A program made the position numbers and the translations under genes. From an uncultured Desulfobacter sp. (GTDB lineage: Bacteria > Desulfobacterota > Desulfobacteria > Desulfobacterales > Desulfobacteraceae), in assembly GCA_963665095.1 (NCBI GenBank), contig OY762069.1, positions 3,680,001 to 3,744,000 of the forward strand: 64,000 bases of DNA, in the 5' to 3' direction. Numbering within the stretch: the stretch's first letter is position 1; each line of letters opens with the position of its first letter. Below are positions 60,600 to 64,000 of the stretch, one piece after another. A model generated the notes under the pieces. It saw only the letters and a program-made list of their open reading frames with translations, had not been told where the DNA came from and ran no database searches.

Positions 60600-61583
60600 A
60601 TGCGCTGGATAAATATTATACTGGGCATGGCTGTGGCAGGAGTGCTGCTCTTTTTTGGCATTAAAGAGCTGATGACCGACCCGGAATATTTTTGGGAACT
60701 TTTTTTCGGCGGACTTACCCGTGGAAGTATTTATGCCCTGATTGCTCTGGGATACACCATGGTTTACGGCATTATTGAACTAATTAACTTTGCCCATGGT
60801 GAAATTTATATGATCGGCGCCATGACCGCCCTGATTGTGGCCTCCGTGCTGGGGATGTGGGGATGGAATTCAGCGGTTATTGCCATTCTGGCCACGACGT
60901 TTGCCGTGCTTTATTCCTGCGCCTACGGCTTTACCGTGGAAAAAATCGCTTACAAACCTTTAAGAAATGCCCCAAGACTGTCGGTTCTGATTTCAGCCAT
61001 CGGCATGAGTCTGTTTCTGCAAAATTATGTGATGCTGGCCCAGACTCCCGACTTCCTGCCCTTTGAGAGCCTGATTCCTGACTTTAAATTCTGGGAACCT
61101 TATGAACATATCATTACCTCTGTGGAGTTGACCATTATTGTCACCACCCTGATCGTCATGATTCTTCTGGGCATGCTCATCAAATTTACCCGGATCGGCA
61201 AAGCCATGCGGGCCACGGCCCAGGACAAGATCATGGCATCTCTTGTGGGCATAAATGTCAACCAGGTTATCTCCACCACCTTTGTGGTGGGATCGGCCAC
61301 GGCGGCCATCGGCGGCGTACTCATTGCCTGCCATGTGGGGCAGATCAACTTCTATATCGGATTTCTGGCAGGGCTTAAAGCCTTTATTGCAGCGGTTCTC
61401 GGAGGTATCGGCTCCATTCCCGGTGCGGTGCTGGGCAGCCTGGTATTAGGCATTTGTGAAAGCTTTTTCACAGGATATTTCTGGAGCGAATACGAAGATG
61501 TGTTTGCCTTTACTATCCTGGTCATCATTCTGATTTTCCGGCCCTCAGGCATTCTTGGCAAAAATGAAACTCAGAAAGTGTAA
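60600..61583 (+). CDS. livH: BCAA ABC permease
   Basis: GSIYALIALGYTMVYGI-ELINFAHGE. Confidence 0.95.
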   Translation: MRWINIILGMAVAGVLLFFGIKELMTDPEYFWELFFGGLTRGSIYALIALGYTMVYGIIELINFAHGEIYMIGAMTALIVASVLGMWGWNSAVIAILATTFAVLYSCAYGFTVEKIAYKPLRNAPRLSVLISAIGMSLFLQNYVMLAQTPDFLPFESLIPDFKFWEPYEHIITSVELTIIVTTLIVMILLGMLIKFTRIGKAMRATAQDKIMASLVGINVNQVISTTFVVGSATAAIGGVLIACHVGQINFYIGFLAGLKAFIAAVLGGIGSIPGAVLGSLVLGICESFFTGYFWSEYEDVFAFTILVIILIFRPSGILGKNETQKV

Positions 61584-61604
61584 CAGACAGGACAACTATC
61601 CAAA

Positions 61605-62804
61605 ATGATCACAAAACAAAACATCAAGCAGGCAATTCTTGCTGCGTTCTGGTTTATGGTGCTGACCTTCCCTATTATGGTGATCAAGGTCAACACCATT
61701 AAAAAAACCATTGATTTCCGATGGCATGCACTTATAGGAATCGGCGTCGGAACCTTTGCAGCCTCCCTGATATGGAATTACATGCTGCGCCTCAAAGAGA
61801 GCCGGCAAAAAAAGGCAGGTTCTGAAGATATTCCGCTGGCCTACCGCCTGCTGTCAAATAATAAATTTAAAACACCTTTTCTTCTGACCGTTGCGGTCTT
61901 TTTCATGGCCTACCCCTTTGTTTTTCCCATGTATCACACCTCAATTATGATCTCTGCGCTGGTCTATGTCATGCTGGGCTTGGGGTTAAACATTGTTGTG
62001 GGATTAGCAGGGCTTCTGGACCTTGGATATGTGGCTTTCTATGCTGTGGGGGCTTACGCCTATGCCCTTCTCAACCTTCACTTCGGATTGAGTTTCTGGG
62101 TGGTTCTTCCCATTGCAGGTGCGTTAGGCGCCATGTTCGGCCTGCTGCTCGGATATCCTGTACTGCGACTGCGCGGTGATTATTTGGCCATTGTTACCCT
62201 GGGGTTCGGGGAGATCATCCGGATCGTCCTTGAAAACTGGAACGACTTTTCCAACGGCCCCAGAGGCATCCCTGATATTCCACCACCCGGGCTGTTTGGC
62301 ATTCAACTGAGCCAGGACGCCACCATCATCTACATCTATTTTATTGTTATTGCCTTGGTGCTGATGACCATCTTCTTTGTCAATCGGCTGGAAAATTCCC
62401 GCATCGGTCGTGCCTGGATTGCGTTGCGGGATGATGAAATCGCCTGCCAGGCCATGGGAATTGATAAATTTAAAACCAAACTGACCGCCTTTAGTTTAGG
62501 CGCCACCTGGGCAAGTCTTGGCGGTGTTGTGTTTGCAGCCAAGACCTCATACATCAACCCCATGTCCTTTACCATCTGGGAATCCATTATTATCCTGTGT
62601 GTCGTGGTCATTGGTGGCATGGGATCGGCCATCGGCGTCATCTGCGGCGCCCTGGTGCTGGTGCTCCTGCCCGAATACCTTCGGGCGGTAGCAGAATACC
62701 GCATGCTGGTCTTCGGCGCGGTTTTGGTCATTGTCATGGTATTCAAGCCGGACGGACTGATCAAGGCGGTGCGCAAAACCTATAAATTCGAGAAAACAAA
62801 ATAA
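61605..62804 (+). CDS. livM: BCAA ABC permease
   Basis: GLNIVVGLAGLLDLG, LRLRGDYLAIVTLGFGE. Confidence 0.95.
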   Translation: MITKQNIKQAILAAFWFMVLTFPIMVIKVNTIKKTIDFRWHALIGIGVGTFAASLIWNYMLRLKESRQKKAGSEDIPLAYRLLSNNKFKTPFLLTVAVFFMAYPFVFPMYHTSIMISALVYVMLGLGLNIVVGLAGLLDLGYVAFYAVGAYAYALLNLHFGLSFWVVLPIAGALGAMFGLLLGYPVLRLRGDYLAIVTLGFGEIIRIVLENWNDFSNGPRGIPDIPPPGLFGIQLSQDATIIYIYFIVIALVLMTIFFVNRLENSRIGRAWIALRDDEIACQAMGIDKFKTKLTAFSLGATWASLGGVVFAAKTSYINPMSFTIWESIIILCVVVIGGMGSAIGVICGALVLVLLPEYLRAVAEYRMLVFGAVLVIVMVFKPDGLIKAVRKTYKFEKTK

Positions 62805-62810
62805 TAAGCC

Positions 62811-63594
<784 letters not shown>

Positions 63595-63602
<8 letters not shown>

Positions 63603-64000
63603 ATTAGAGAACATTCATACCTATTACGGAAATATTCATGCCCTGAAAGGCATCAGCATTGATGTGGAAGAAGGAGAAATCATCACCCTGATCGGCGCCA
63701 ACGGTGCCGGCAAGTCCACAACGCTGATGACCACCTCCGGGGTAATCCAGGCCAGGCAGGGGCGCGTTATTTTTGACGGAGAAGAGATCACGCACATGGC
63801 AGCGGATGATATTGTCAAGCGGGGTATCTGCCAGGTACCTGAAGGCCGCAGGATTTTCCCCTACCTGACTGTGGCTGAAAACCTGGATATGGGGGCGTTT
63901 CTTCGCCGTGACAAAGAGGGAATCAAGCAGGACATGGAGTATGTTTACCAGCTTTTCCCCATTCTTGCCAATCGTCGAAACCAGGCAGGCGGAACCCTTT
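63595..64000 (+). CDS. livF: BCAA ABC ATPase, 5' part (runs off the window end)
   Basis: MLKLENIHTYYGNIHALKG...GANGAGKST...QVPEGRRIFP. Confidence 0.93.

Overview
This is bacterial chromosomal DNA. The gene content and style suggest a sulfate-reducing Desulfobacteraceae-like deltaproteobacterium (inference). From left to right the window contains: a partial glucokinase; a lipoprotein TPR-CHAT (caspase-like) protease gene split by an intact IS110/IS1111-type element; a five-gene D-amino-acid operon (transaminase, Ala racemase, CapA-like, Glu racemase, Ddl-like ligase); signalling and efflux genes; aroC; a GntR-linked choline-to-glycine betaine cluster (betB, betA, binding protein); a sigma54 activator, plsC and a lipase-like lipoprotein; an 11.5-kb Pfa-like type I fatty acid/polyketide megasynthase with its PPTase; arsC, an H-NOX and a DGC; a tripartite RND pump; LOG, TraB/GumN and aminopeptidase P; and livKHMGF. 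Three observations stand out. (1) All three ACP domains of the megasynthase have Thr instead of the invariant phosphopantetheine-accepting Ser (GIDTVKQ), and a dedicated PPTase gene lies 13 bp downstream. (2) The 3' non-coding region of the IS reads as a bridge/seek RNA with two near-duplicate target-binding loops, one of which matches the actual insertion site exactly, plus a donor-end match. (3) The D-amino-acid operon has no pathway I can assign. I saw no rRNA, tRNA or CRISPR array. All calls come from reading motifs by eye; no database searches were run.
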